Source: Synechocystis sp. PCC 6803 substr. PCC-P
GTDB taxonomy: Bacteria > Cyanobacteriota > Cyanobacteriia > Cyanobacteriales > Microcystaceae
Assembly (NCBI RefSeq): GCF_000284455.1
Contig: NC_017039.1
Location: 2,520,001 to 2,552,000 of the forward strand
Length of the DNA: 32,000 nucleotides
Reading direction: 5' to 3'
Shown piece by piece: positions 9,492 to 18,646 of the stretch (position 1 is its first letter; each line of letters begins with the position of its first letter). The position numbers and the translations under genes are program-made. The notes beneath the pieces were generated by a model that was given only the letters and a program-made list of their open reading frames with translations, searched no databases and was not told where the DNA came from.

Positions 9492-10256
9492 CTATTTACC
9501 CAGTAAGCGCACGCAACCGATCCCGCCAAAGTAAAGCCCCAGCACTGCCCCAGCTAGAAGGGACTGGGTCAGGGGGTCCGTGGAAGGGGTGAGAATTGCC
9601 CCCAGCACCATCGCCCCCAAAATGACAAAGCGCCAGCCCTTGAGCATTTGTTCGGAGGAAACGATGCCCAAAAAGCCGAGAACCACTTGAATAATCGGAA
9701 TTTGAAAAGCTAGCCCGGTGCTAAACATCAACAACAGCACAAACTCAAAATATTTATCAATCGACCAGAGTTGCTCCACCACATCCGCTCCGTAGCTGAC
9801 AAAAAACTTGAGTGCGGCGGGGATGAGAGCATAGTAAGCAAAGCCCAGTCCAGCAAAAAAAAGTACACTGGAGCCTAGCACCACCGGTCCCAGTAATCGG
9901 CGTTCCCGACGGGTTAGACCGGGTAGAACGAATTGAATAATTTGGTAGAGGATAAAGGGGCTCATCACCAGAATGCCGCTGTAGCCTGCTACTTTGACGG
10001 AAACGAAAAAGAATTCCCCTGGGGAGAGCTGCAGAAATTTAACTGTGCCTGCCGGGACTTGAAGCCATTGCACCAAGGGTTTAACGAAAATAAAGCAGGC
10101 CACTACCCCGACCAAGACCGCCCCCAAAGACAGAAAAATACGAGTTCTGAGTTCGTCGAGGTGATCAAACAAAGACATTTCCACGTCATCGGGCACTTCG
10201 TCCAAATAATCGGGGGCAGTTTCCGCGGAAGTGATGTTATCAAGCTGGGTTGACAT
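9492..10256 (-). CDS. tatC: Twin-arginine translocase subunit TatC
   Basis: The [13 protein letters not shown] motif followed by six predicted TM segments; 254 aa. Confidence 0.93.
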   Translation of the reverse strand: MSTQLDNITSAETAPDYLDEVPDDVEMSLFDHLDELRTRIFLSLGAVLVGVVACFIFVKPLVQWLQVPAGTVKFLQLSPGEFFFVSVKVAGYSGILVMSPFILYQIIQFVLPGLTRRERRLLGPVVLGSSVLFFAGLGFAYYALIPAALKFFVSYGADVVEQLWSIDKYFEFVLLLMFSTGLAFQIPIIQVVLGFLGIVSSEQMLKGWRFVILGAMVLGAILTPSTDPLTQSLLAGAVLGLYFGGIGCVRLLGK

Positions 10257-10575
10257 GGTTTCAGGGCAAGGAAAACAAGTTGCCCCTATTCTGACATTCT
10301 CCTGGCACTGATTGCGATGACATGGCAGTTAGCTAGGCGATCGCCATTTGCTCGGCTATGACGGGTTTGCCTAAAATTGACCCGCCCTCAGATCAGAATA
10401 ATTGCCCAAAAACGAAAATTTAGGTGCGATAATCTTTAAATTATTCTTGAATATAAAAGGAACAGCAAAAAATATTAAATATTACTGATTTTCTTGATTT
10501 TTATGTTCCAAAATTAATCTCAAATAAAAAAAAAGAAATAAAAGATAAGTCAGAGAAGTGAATTACTATTTTTTA

Positions 10576-10590
10576 TTGACATGCTAGAAT
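10576..10590 (+). promoter_or_regulatory. Candidate promoter elements for the downstream dehydrogenase gene
   Basis: Extended -10 TGcTAGAAT at 10582-10590, immediately preceded by a TTGACA hexamer at 10576-10581 (too close to serve as its -35). It sits in a very AT-rich block about 60 nt upstream of ATG 10649. Confidence 0.3.
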
Positions 10591-10648
10591 GTAATCTTTT
10601 AGTTTTCTCTATATATCATTCTTATTGCTCCAAGCGCCTAGAATTATT

Positions 10649-11521
10649 ATGAACGTTTCCAAAATTGCAGTTTTCGGTTTAGGAGTTATGGGCAGTCCTA
10701 TGGCTCAAAACCTAGTTAAAAATGGTTATCAAACAGTTGGTTATAACCGCACCCTAGAGCGTCCTTCTGTCCAGGAAGCAGCAAAGGCAGGGGTTAAAGT
10801 TGTTACTAGCATTGCGGTGGCGGCGGCAAATGCAGATATTATTCTCACCTGTGTTGGAGATGAAAAAGATGTTCAACAGCTTATTTTAGGTTCGGGAGGG
10901 ATTGCTGAATACGCTAAACCCCAAGCCTTAATAATTGATTGCAGTACCATTGGTAAAACTGCGGCTTATGAACTAGCTACAAATTTAAAACTCCAGGGTT
11001 TACGCTTTTTGGATGCGCCGGTAACAGGAGGTGACGTTGGCGCAATCAACGGTACGTTAACGATTATGGTGGGGGGTGATATTTCGGATTTTGAAGAAGC
11101 TTTACCCGTCCTCAAATCCATAGGAGAAAAAATAGTCCACTGTGGTCCCAGTGGCAGTGGTCAAGCTGTTAAGCTTTGTAATCAGGTACTTTGTGGCATC
11201 CATGCGATCGCCGCTGCGGAAGCTATACAACTTTCTGAGCAGTTGGGGATTGCCCCAGAGTTAGTAATTGATACTTGTGGCAGTGGGGCGGCGGGTTCCT
11301 GGGCCTTGACTAATTTAGCACCGAAAATGTCGGAGGCTGATTTTGCCCCAGGCTTTATGGTCAAACATCTTCTTAAGGATCTGCGCCTCGTCCGGGAAGC
11401 CGCTGAAAATGGCCCATTACCAGGGGTTACGTTGGCAGAAAGCTTGTTTACATCGGTTCAATTATTGGGGGGAGAAGACCAGGGTTCCCAAGCCATTATC
11501 CGTGCCTATCGCGAAGCTTAG
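10649..11521 (+). CDS. NAD(P)-dependent beta-hydroxyacid dehydrogenase (3-hydroxyisobutyrate / 6-phosphogluconate dehydrogenase-like)
   Basis: Rossmann motif IAVFGLGVMGSPMAQNL, then DAPVTGG and the conserved KD (VKHLLKDL) of the family. I prefer ATG at 10649, because the track start at 10625 is a TTG. Confidence 0.85.
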   Translation: MNVSKIAVFGLGVMGSPMAQNLVKNGYQTVGYNRTLERPSVQEAAKAGVKVVTSIAVAAANADIILTCVGDEKDVQQLILGSGGIAEYAKPQALIIDCSTIGKTAAYELATNLKLQGLRFLDAPVTGGDVGAINGTLTIMVGGDISDFEEALPVLKSIGEKIVHCGPSGSGQAVKLCNQVLCGIHAIAAAEAIQLSEQLGIAPELVIDTCGSGAAGSWALTNLAPKMSEADFAPGFMVKHLLKDLRLVREAAENGPLPGVTLAESLFTSVQLLGGEDQGSQAIIRAYREA

Positions 11522-11681
11522 ATTAATTTGGATAAAGTATAAAGAGGAAAAAGGTAGATGCCCACTGAAGCAATTTAGCTTTAATAAATTAAAATTTTAC
11601 TGGAGTAAACATGGATGTTGAAAACTGATTTTACTCCCCATCATTTCAGATTAAAAGGTCCCATCTGCTCAACAATTATTG

Positions 11682-11859
11682 ATGATAAAAACTTTATATG
11701 ATTTTGATCTCAATCAAGGAATTGAATATTTACAATCCCAGGATGACCGACTTGGTACTTTAATTACTGGGTTAGAAGTTTGTTCATTAACCCATCATCC
11801 ACCCCGCACCACTCTCTTGGAGGCGATCGCCTGGGGGATTATCGGTCAACAAATCAATA
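11682..11859 (+). pseudogene. HhH-GPD DNA glycosylase (AlkA-like 3-methyladenine glycosylase II), 5' portion, interrupted by ISY100
   Basis: The frame runs into the IS at TA 11858-11859 and continues in frame after the IS (see 12807..13281). Confidence 0.7.
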
Positions 11860-12806
11860 TAGTCATTTCAATTAACGATGAGAGAATTTAATGTAAAATT
11901 ATGGAGTGTACAAAATGAACAGGTTTAAACAATGGCTTACAGTTTAGATTTAAGGCAAAGGGTAGTAGCTTATATAGAAGCTGGAGGAAAAATAACTGAG
12001 GCTTCCAAGATATATAAAATAGGAAAAGCCTCGATATACAGATGGTTAAATAGAGTAGATTTAAGCCCAATAAAAGTAGAGCGTCGCCATAGGAAATTAG
12101 ACTGGGAAGCTCTAAAAAAAGACGTAGAAGAAAATCCCGATGCAAGATTGATAGACAGAGCCAAGAAATTTGGAGTGAGGCCGAGTGCCGTATATTACGC
12201 ATTAAAGAAAATGAAAATAAACAGAAAAAAAAAAGAACTACGTTATCGAGAAAGAAACCGGGAGGAACGAGTTAAGTACTATAGAATGTTAAGAGAACTA
12301 ATTAAGCTCTATGGTAGTCAAGCTATAGTTTACATAGATGAATCTGGATTCGAAGCAATCCAGGCTTGTATTTATGCCTGGTCAAAAAAAGGAAAAAAAG
12401 TTTATGGAGATAGACAAGGAAAAAGGGGAGTCAGAGAAAATCTAGTAGCAGGGAGAAGAAAAGGAAAAAAAGATTTGATTGCGCCGATGGTTTTTACCGG
12501 GAGTTTGAATGCAGAAGGCTTTGAAGGATGGTTAAAATTATATTTGCTACCCTCCCTCGACATTCCATCAATATTAATAATGGATAATGCTCCTATTCAT
12601 CGTAAAACTGCCATTAAAGAATTGGCTAAAGAAGCAGGTCATGAAGTTCTTTTTTTGCCGAAATATTCTCCTGATTTAAATGATATTGAGCATGACTTTA
12701 GTGCCTTGAAACGAGCTAGAATGTACGCTCCTATTGACACGTCTCTTGATGAAATTATCCGTTCTTACTGTGGCGTTTAGCGTCTCAGCTTTATTTGAAA
12801 CTACTA
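11860..12806 (+). mobile_element. ISY100 (IS630 family) copy 2, 947 bp, flanked by a TA duplication (11858-11859 and 12807-12808)
   Basis: Same termini as copy 1, with an intact transposase ORF. The 947-bp length matches what I recall for ISY100. Confidence 0.95.
11932..12780 (+). CDS. ISY100 transposase, intact, 282 aa
   Basis: N-terminal HTH region (GKITEASKIYKIGKASIYRW) and a DDE/D catalytic region (YIDESGF ... IMDNAPIHR ... YSPDLNDIE). Confidence 0.93.
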   Translation: MAYSLDLRQRVVAYIEAGGKITEASKIYKIGKASIYRWLNRVDLSPIKVERRHRKLDWEALKKDVEENPDARLIDRAKKFGVRPSAVYYALKKMKINRKKKELRYRERNREERVKYYRMLRELIKLYGSQAIVYIDESGFEAIQACIYAWSKKGKKVYGDRQGKRGVRENLVAGRRKGKKDLIAPMVFTGSLNAEGFEGWLKLYLLPSLDIPSILIMDNAPIHRKTAIKELAKEAGHEVLFLPKYSPDLNDIEHDFSALKRARMYAPIDTSLDEIIRSYCGV

Positions 12807-13281
12807 TACTAATACGGCGCAAATGTTATTCCAAAGATTTTTGGACTATGGGCAACCCAAAGGATGGACCGCACAAACCTTAGCTAATGTGGACCCAGAA
12901 TTATTGAGGGAACTAGGTATTTCCCGTTATAAAACTCGCTATTTAAAAACTTGGGCGATCGCCTTACAAAATAATTTTCCTTCTTTACCTGAATTAGAAA
13001 CCTGGGGTGACCGGGCCATCGTTGAACAGTTAACAGCTATTAAAGGAATTGGTCCCTGGACAGCGCAACTATTTCTTCTATTTCGTCTTCGTCGTCAGGA
13101 TATTTTACCTAATCAAGATTTAGGAATTCGGATTGCAATTCAAAAATTGTATCAATTGCCCGATCGCCCTAATCCAAAGCAAGTGTCCGAATACGGCAAA
13201 AACTGGCAGCCCTATCGCAGTCTGGCTAGTTGGTATTTGTGGCGGAGTTTGTCGGCAACGGTTAGCCAGATTCACTTGTAG
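12807..13281 (+). pseudogene. HhH-GPD DNA glycosylase (AlkA-like), 3' portion
   Basis: Removing the IS and one TA gives ...GIIGQQINTNTAQMLFQRFLDYG... in frame. Downstream lie the HhH-GPD hallmark IKGIGPWTAQLFLLF and the catalytic-Asp context NQDLGIR. Confidence 0.8.
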
Positions 13282-13312
13282 GCGTTAGCGCTGAAATTTT
13301 TCTAGTAAAAAC

Positions 13313-14584
13313 CTAACACCATTGTTCCCTGAGAATCTCTGCAATGCGGCGGGCCGCTCCAGCTTGTCCCAGCCTTTCCCGGCCATTACAGGCGATCGCC
13401 TCTAGTCGCTCAACATCATGAAGTACTTGTTGTAAAGCTTCCCCAGTTTGGTCAGGACTATTCAACAAAATTAAGGATTCTCCCAAAAGCCAGGTTTGAC
13501 GGCGCGCAAAATAGGGATTGTATTGGGGGCCTTGTCCGGGAAAACTAATCACTGGTTTCCCCAACCCGACAAATTGTTCTGTGGCGGTACCGGCCATGGC
13601 GATCGCCGCTTGGGCATGGTGCAAACAATCGGCAAACTGCTGTTGGCTAAAAACCAGCCGGGCATGATCTTTTTGGAAAACGGGCCCTTTAATCAAGCAA
13701 GAAACCTTGTTGGTCAAAAGTTCCACGGCATTATCTTCCAGTGGTTGCCAACCTTGGGTTTCCAGTTCAGCCATCAACGTTGGTAAGGGCAAGGAAGGGG
13801 CGATCGCCGCCAGGAAAGTTATGGAAGCATCGGCAAAATGGGCTAACACACTGGTTAAACTTTCCACAATCAAGGCCCAATTGCGTTCCATTTCCGGTGA
13901 TCGGGAACCGGGTAAAAGGGTAATGGTTAAACTTTGTCCTGGCTGTAACGTTTGGGGCTTGTAATCCTGCGGGTTTAAACCGTCCATCATTGGATTGCCC
14001 ACGGCATAACTGGCCACACCTTGGTTTAACAAACTTTCATGGGTGAGGCGATCGCGGGGAAAGACTGCTACGCAATTTTTCCTCGTCATTAACCACCGTT
14101 CCCAAGGATAGTAAGCGCAACCAAGCCATTTTTCCCAAGCTTGGGTACTAGGTAACCATGCCCCAGCGGGGGAGCGCAGATAATATTCCGACTTGGCTGT
14201 GCCCACAAAGGCGTAATCACCTCGGCCCAACCAAGCGAGGGCCAAGGGCACTATGTCCCCCACCGCTAGAACTTTCCCCCCCTGGGCCGTCCATTTTTGC
14301 AAACCGCCTAACTGGGCTTTGGTCAATCCCCATAAGCCTCCCTGAACATCCCGCCATAATTCCCTGGCATCCATGTTGTTAAAGCCGCCGGAGGGCATGG
14401 TTTTCACCGGGCCAATCAAGAGAATATTTAAACGTCGATAACTGTTGCCTTCCCCCACTAGGGGCAATCCCACTAATATTTCCCCAGGCTCCATTCCCGC
14501 CAACTCACTCCAAGCCTGGCCAATACTGACGGCGATCGCATCCTCTCCGTGCCCATTGCTGAGCAGTAGAATCTTCGGCAACAT
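13313..14584 (-). CDS. Lipid-A-disaccharide synthase-related (LpxB-like glycosyltransferase fold) conserved cyanobacterial protein
   Basis: The N-terminus LLLSNGHGEDAIA matches the LpxB-related family I recall as TIGR03492 (family identifier from memory, unverified). 423 aa. Confidence 0.6.
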   Translation of the reverse strand: MLPKILLLSNGHGEDAIAVSIGQAWSELAGMEPGEILVGLPLVGEGNSYRRLNILLIGPVKTMPSGGFNNMDARELWRDVQGGLWGLTKAQLGGLQKWTAQGGKVLAVGDIVPLALAWLGRGDYAFVGTAKSEYYLRSPAGAWLPSTQAWEKWLGCAYYPWERWLMTRKNCVAVFPRDRLTHESLLNQGVASYAVGNPMMDGLNPQDYKPQTLQPGQSLTITLLPGSRSPEMERNWALIVESLTSVLAHFADASITFLAAIAPSLPLPTLMAELETQGWQPLEDNAVELLTNKVSCLIKGPVFQKDHARLVFSQQQFADCLHHAQAAIAMAGTATEQFVGLGKPVISFPGQGPQYNPYFARRQTWLLGESLILLNSPDQTGEALQQVLHDVERLEAIACNGRERLGQAGAARRIAEILREQWC

Positions 14585-14649
14585 CCAACACTCCCATCCG
14601 TTACACTGAAAATAAGCAGAGTATTAAGAATTATTAAATAAGTATCACC

Positions 14650-15306
14650 ATGGGTTGGGAATTTTTTTCGCTAGAGACATTGCAGGAATTGGCCCGCCAA
14701 TATGGTTACGGAGCCGTATTCTTTGGCATTGCCTTGGAAAATGCAGGCATTCCCATCCCTGGAGAAACCATAACCCTGTTGGGGGGCTTTTTGGCCGGCA
14801 GTGGAGATTTAAGTTATGGCGGGGTATTAATCGCGGCGATCGCCGGGGCCGTGTTGGGGGACAGTTGTGGTTACTGGGTGGGACGCTGGGGCGGTTGGCC
14901 CTTACTAACCAGGGCGGCCCAACTGTTCAACATTCCCCAGGAAAAACTAGACCAAGCCCGGCATAAATTTAGTCAGAATGGGGCGGCCGCAGTGTTTTTT
15001 GGTCGTTTTGTTACCCTGTTACGAATTTTTGCGGGGCCCATGGCCGGCATTGTCCGCATGCCCTACGGCAAATTCCTGTTGTACAACATCGGCGGTGCCT
15101 CCGTCTGGGCTGCCATCACCGTTAGTTTGGCTTACTTTTTGGGGCGGGTGGTCACCATCGAGCAAATTATTGCCTGGACGACCCAATTCAGTTGGTTTGC
15201 CCTAGCAGCAGTGGTGGGCATGGTGGGCATTTACTTTGTCTTTCACTTCCTGCAAAAGCGTTTTGATCAAACCATTGAGTCGACCATAGGCGATCGCCCC
15301 CAATAA
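14650..15306 (+). CDS. DedA / SNARE-associated family membrane protein
   Basis: YGYGAVFFGIALENAGIPIPGETITLLGGFLAG is the DedA signature, and the protein has several TM segments. Confidence 0.85.
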   Translation: MGWEFFSLETLQELARQYGYGAVFFGIALENAGIPIPGETITLLGGFLAGSGDLSYGGVLIAAIAGAVLGDSCGYWVGRWGGWPLLTRAAQLFNIPQEKLDQARHKFSQNGAAAVFFGRFVTLLRIFAGPMAGIVRMPYGKFLLYNIGGASVWAAITVSLAYFLGRVVTIEQIIAWTTQFSWFALAAVVGMVGIYFVFHFLQKRFDQTIESTIGDRPQ

Positions 15307-15346
15307 TTGTTAGAACTGGATTAATATCTTTGCGAGGGAAAATACC

Positions 15347-15664
15347 ATGGCCGTCAAAAAACAGTTTGCTAATTTTGCTGAAATGCTGGCCGGTTCCCCC
15401 AAGCCGGTGCTAGTGGACTTTTACGCTACCTGGTGCGGCCCCTGCCAAATGATGGCCCCCATTCTGGAGCAAGTGGGCAGTCATCTACGCCAACAAATCC
15501 AAGTGGTGAAAATTGACACTGATAAATATCCGGCGATCGCCACCCAATACCAAATCCAGTCTTTACCGACCTTGGTGTTATTCAAGCAGGGCCAACCAGT
15601 GCACCGCATGGAAGGCGTACAACAGGCCGCCCAGTTGATCCAACAGTTACAGGTTTTTGTGTAA
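15347..15664 (+). CDS. trxQ: Thioredoxin
   Basis: WCGPC active site; 105 aa. The symbol comes from my recollection of the y-type thioredoxin at this locus in PCC 6803. Confidence 0.9.
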   Translation: MAVKKQFANFAEMLAGSPKPVLVDFYATWCGPCQMMAPILEQVGSHLRQQIQVVKIDTDKYPAIATQYQIQSLPTLVLFKQGQPVHRMEGVQQAAQLIQQLQVFV

Positions 15665-15721
15665 ATACCATTCCGGCGATCGACAACAAACCTTTAGTTA
15701 ATAGTTTCTAAATATATTCAG

Positions 15722-16633
15722 TCAATTCATCTTTTTGCGGATCCAGCCGTTGACTGTGAAGCGACTATGGGCAAATTCCCTAGAAGGACAAACCACAGAC
15801 ATCACTTCGTGGCGACAACGGCTATTAAAAAAGATAATAGAATTATTGATGGGGGTAATGGTTTGAAACTTCGGATGGGTAGTAATGGTGTTATTTTTAA
15901 GCTCCGTGTCGTAGAGCCTTAATTCTCCCCCAGAAAAAGCTTTCGGTTCTTGATAAAAATAATAGACATAGGTAATTTGTCGGCTAGCTGTTTTTTCACT
16001 ACCTGCGTCATTGTGGATTCTATAATAACAACCATCATTATGGGCTGTGAGTTGTAATTCTATTTCTGCAACTTCAAAGGGAGAAAAGTTTAGTTGACCC
16101 AGTAATTCCGGTAACTTTTGTTTGATTCGTTCCCGTATTAAAGCTGATAATGCAGGAATTTTTTGAGAAAAAAGCACGTAGGATTGGCGATATTGATTAG
16201 CTTTAGTAGTAGTGTTAGATTTAATGTATTCTTCTTTTTTATCAATAGCCTCTGTGATGATTTTTTGATTTTCTTCCGGTGATAAGAAGTTTTTAATTTC
16301 TCCGTAGGTACCGGGCAAAAATATTGATTCTGACTGCTGGTGTAATGTCGGTTCCGATAGGCTGAGGTTTATTTGAGGATACTGTGACTGTAATCGCCTA
16401 ATTTTTTCCTCAGCCTTAGCCACTAATTTATCCACTGAGTGATGCTTAAATTCGGTGAAAATCCCTGCCATTTCGAGGATTTTTAGGGCTATCGTTGCTT
16501 TTTCCTGAGGAGAACATTGATCGTTGTCAATAATTGTTTCTAAAGTATCAATGGATTTAGTTAATAACTTTTTTGCTCTAGTTGATAAGGCTAGGTTATC
16601 TCCGTTGGTCTTTACTTTTGCTCCCCTGTTCAT
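15722..16633 (-). CDS. 2OG-Fe(II) oxygenase superfamily protein (prolyl-4-hydroxylase-like C-terminal domain) with a helical N-terminal extension
   Basis: HxD...H facial-triad candidates (RIHND ... RCRHEV) and a YVYYF...GGELRLYD strand pattern. GC content is much lower than in the neighbouring genes. Confidence 0.65.
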   Translation of the reverse strand: MNRGAKVKTNGDNLALSTRAKKLLTKSIDTLETIIDNDQCSPQEKATIALKILEMAGIFTEFKHHSVDKLVAKAEEKIRRLQSQYPQINLSLSEPTLHQQSESIFLPGTYGEIKNFLSPEENQKIITEAIDKKEEYIKSNTTTKANQYRQSYVLFSQKIPALSALIRERIKQKLPELLGQLNFSPFEVAEIELQLTAHNDGCYYRIHNDAGSEKTASRQITYVYYFYQEPKAFSGGELRLYDTELKNNTITTHPKFQTITPINNSIIFFNSRCRHEVMSVVCPSREFAHSRFTVNGWIRKKMN

Positions 16634-16721
16634 TATGCAGTTCCCCTGGGTTACCTAAGGCCAATCACATTTTTTGCTGAAAATTGATGGTTGGAACAAT
16701 TCTAACTGTTTTGAAGCCAAC

Positions 16722-16757
16722 AAAAATCCCCCTCCTAGTTAGTAAAGGAAAGGGGAC
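16722..16757 (-). terminator. Candidate intrinsic terminator of groEL2
   Basis: Imperfect hairpin TCCCC...GGGGA (16727-16756). On the minus strand it is followed by a T-run (plus-strand AAAAA 16722-16726). It lies about 70 nt after the groEL2 stop. Confidence 0.4.
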
Positions 16758-16825
16758 AAAAGGCGACAAAGCCTTCAGATTATTAACAATGGATTGATGA
16801 GTCAATCATGGCAAGGATGGAACGA

Positions 16826-18484
16826 TTACATCATGCCCATGCCGCCCATACCACCCATTCCGCCCATGCCACCCATATCGGGCATAGCGGGAGCCGCAGG
16901 TTCAGGTTTTTCCACTACTAAAGCTTCAGTGGTCAACACCATCCCAGCAATGGAAGCGGCATTTTGCAGAGCAGAACGTACCACTTTAGCGGGGTCGATG
17001 ATGCCAGCGGCTATCAGGTCTTCAATTTTGCCAGTGATGACGTTGTAACCTTGATTGCCAGTAGCTTCTTTAACTTTTTCCACAATGACGGAACCCTCTA
17101 CCCCAGCATTGCTGGCCAACTGGTGCAGGGGAGCTTCCAGGGCTTTGGCGATGATGTCGGCGGCAACCCGCTCTTCATCGTTGCTGAGTTGGGCTTTAAA
17201 GCTTTCAATTTTGCCCGCTAAACGAATTAGGGTTGTACCACCACCGGGAACAATACCTTCTTCCACTGCGGCTTTGGTGGCATTGAGGGCATCTTCAATG
17301 CGGAGTTTGCGGTCTTTGAGTTCGGTTTCCGTTGCGGCCCCGACTTTAATCACAGCTACACCACCGGCTAGTTTGGCAATGCGCTCTTGGATTTTTTCTT
17401 TGTCGTAATCGGAATCAGAAGCAGCATATTCTTTCCGCAACTGCTCAATCCGCTCTTTGACTCCAGCGGAAGCCCGTTTGTCGGCCCCAGCGACGAGGAT
17501 GGTGTTGTCTTTTTCCAAAGTGGCTTTAACGGCTTGGCCCAATTGATCCAAGCTGACGGTGTCGAGGCTCAGGCCAATGTCTTCGGAAATGACGCTACCA
17601 CCGGTGAGGATAGCGATATCTTGCAACACAGCTTTACGCCGATCGCCAAAGGCGGGGGCTTTAATGGCGGCCACGTTGAGTACACCCCGGGCTTTATTGA
17701 CCACTAGGGTAGCAAGGGCTTCTCCTTCAATGTCTTCCGCAATGATTAACAGGGGACGACCGGCCCGGGCCACAGCTTCCAGTACGGGAACCAATTCCGC
17801 AATGGCACTGATTTTTTTATCGGTGATGAGGATTAAAGGATTATCAAACTCCACCAACTGGCGATCGCTATCGGTGATGAAGTAGGGAGAAATATAGCCC
17901 CGGTCGATCTGCATCCCTTCCACCACTTCCAATTCGGTGTTGAGGGATTTGGACTCCTCCACGGTGATGACGCCATCTTTGGTGACTTTGTCCATGGCAT
18001 CGGCAATCATGGCCCCAACTTCGGGATCGTTACCGGAGGATACGGTGGCCACTTGGGCGATCGCCGAACCTTCCACGGGTTTAGCCACAGCCTCAATTTC
18101 TTGAACGAGGAAAGTGGTAACTTTTTCGATGCCCCGACGGAGAGCCACGGGATTAGCACCGGCGGCGACGTTGCGCAGACCTTCCCGCACTAAAGCTTGA
18201 GCAATAATAGTGGCGGTGGTGGTGCCATCCCCAGCAATTTCCTTGGTTTTGGAAGCAACTTCCTGGATTAGCTTAGCTCCAGCATTTTCTTCCGGGTTGG
18301 ACAGTTCAATTTCTTTGGCTACGGTGATGCCATCGTTGACAATCTGGGGAGCACCGTACTGCTTTTCTAATAAAACATTGCGACCTTTGGGGCCGAGGGT
18401 AATCCGCACCGCATCAGCCAGGGCATTAATCCCCGCTTCCAAAGAGCGTCTGGATTCATCCTTAAAGGAAATAAGTTTAGACAT
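16826..18484 (-). CDS. groEL: Chaperonin GroEL (monocistronic cpn60 / GroEL2 type, no adjacent groES)
   Basis: 552 aa, canonical throughout: [22 protein letters not shown], and a C-terminal GGM repeat tail. Confidence 0.98.
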
Positions 18485-18538
18485 AGACTAAAAAGTTACA
18501 AATAACGTCAAAGGTGGCGGACAAGTCCATAAAGCACT

Positions 18539-18565
18539 TTAGCACTCTTGGCAGTGGAGTGCTAA
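18539..18565. promoter_or_regulatory. CIRCE operator (HrcA binding site)
   Basis: Exact consensus TTAGCACTC-N9-GAGTGCTAA, 55-81 nt upstream of the groEL ATG. Confidence 0.95.
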
Positions 18566-18646
18566 GTCAGGTAAGGTTCGGTTTCCCGGTCTTAGAGCTT
18601 GGCGATCGCCCTGGATTTAAATGGGGGAGTAACGGACGTTTAATGC

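Noticed and set aside
2373-12806. The two ISY100 copies as ends of a composite transposon carrying petE-ftsH-tatC
   Set aside because: Each copy interrupts its own host gene, and each gene can be rebuilt in frame across that single copy with its own TA duplication. The copies therefore inserted independently into resident core DNA. The cargo is housekeeping with native composition and HIP1 sites.
16794-17048. An ORF with a [11 protein letters not shown] repeat
   Set aside because: It is the reverse-strand reading of the GGM-repeat C-terminal tail of GroEL.
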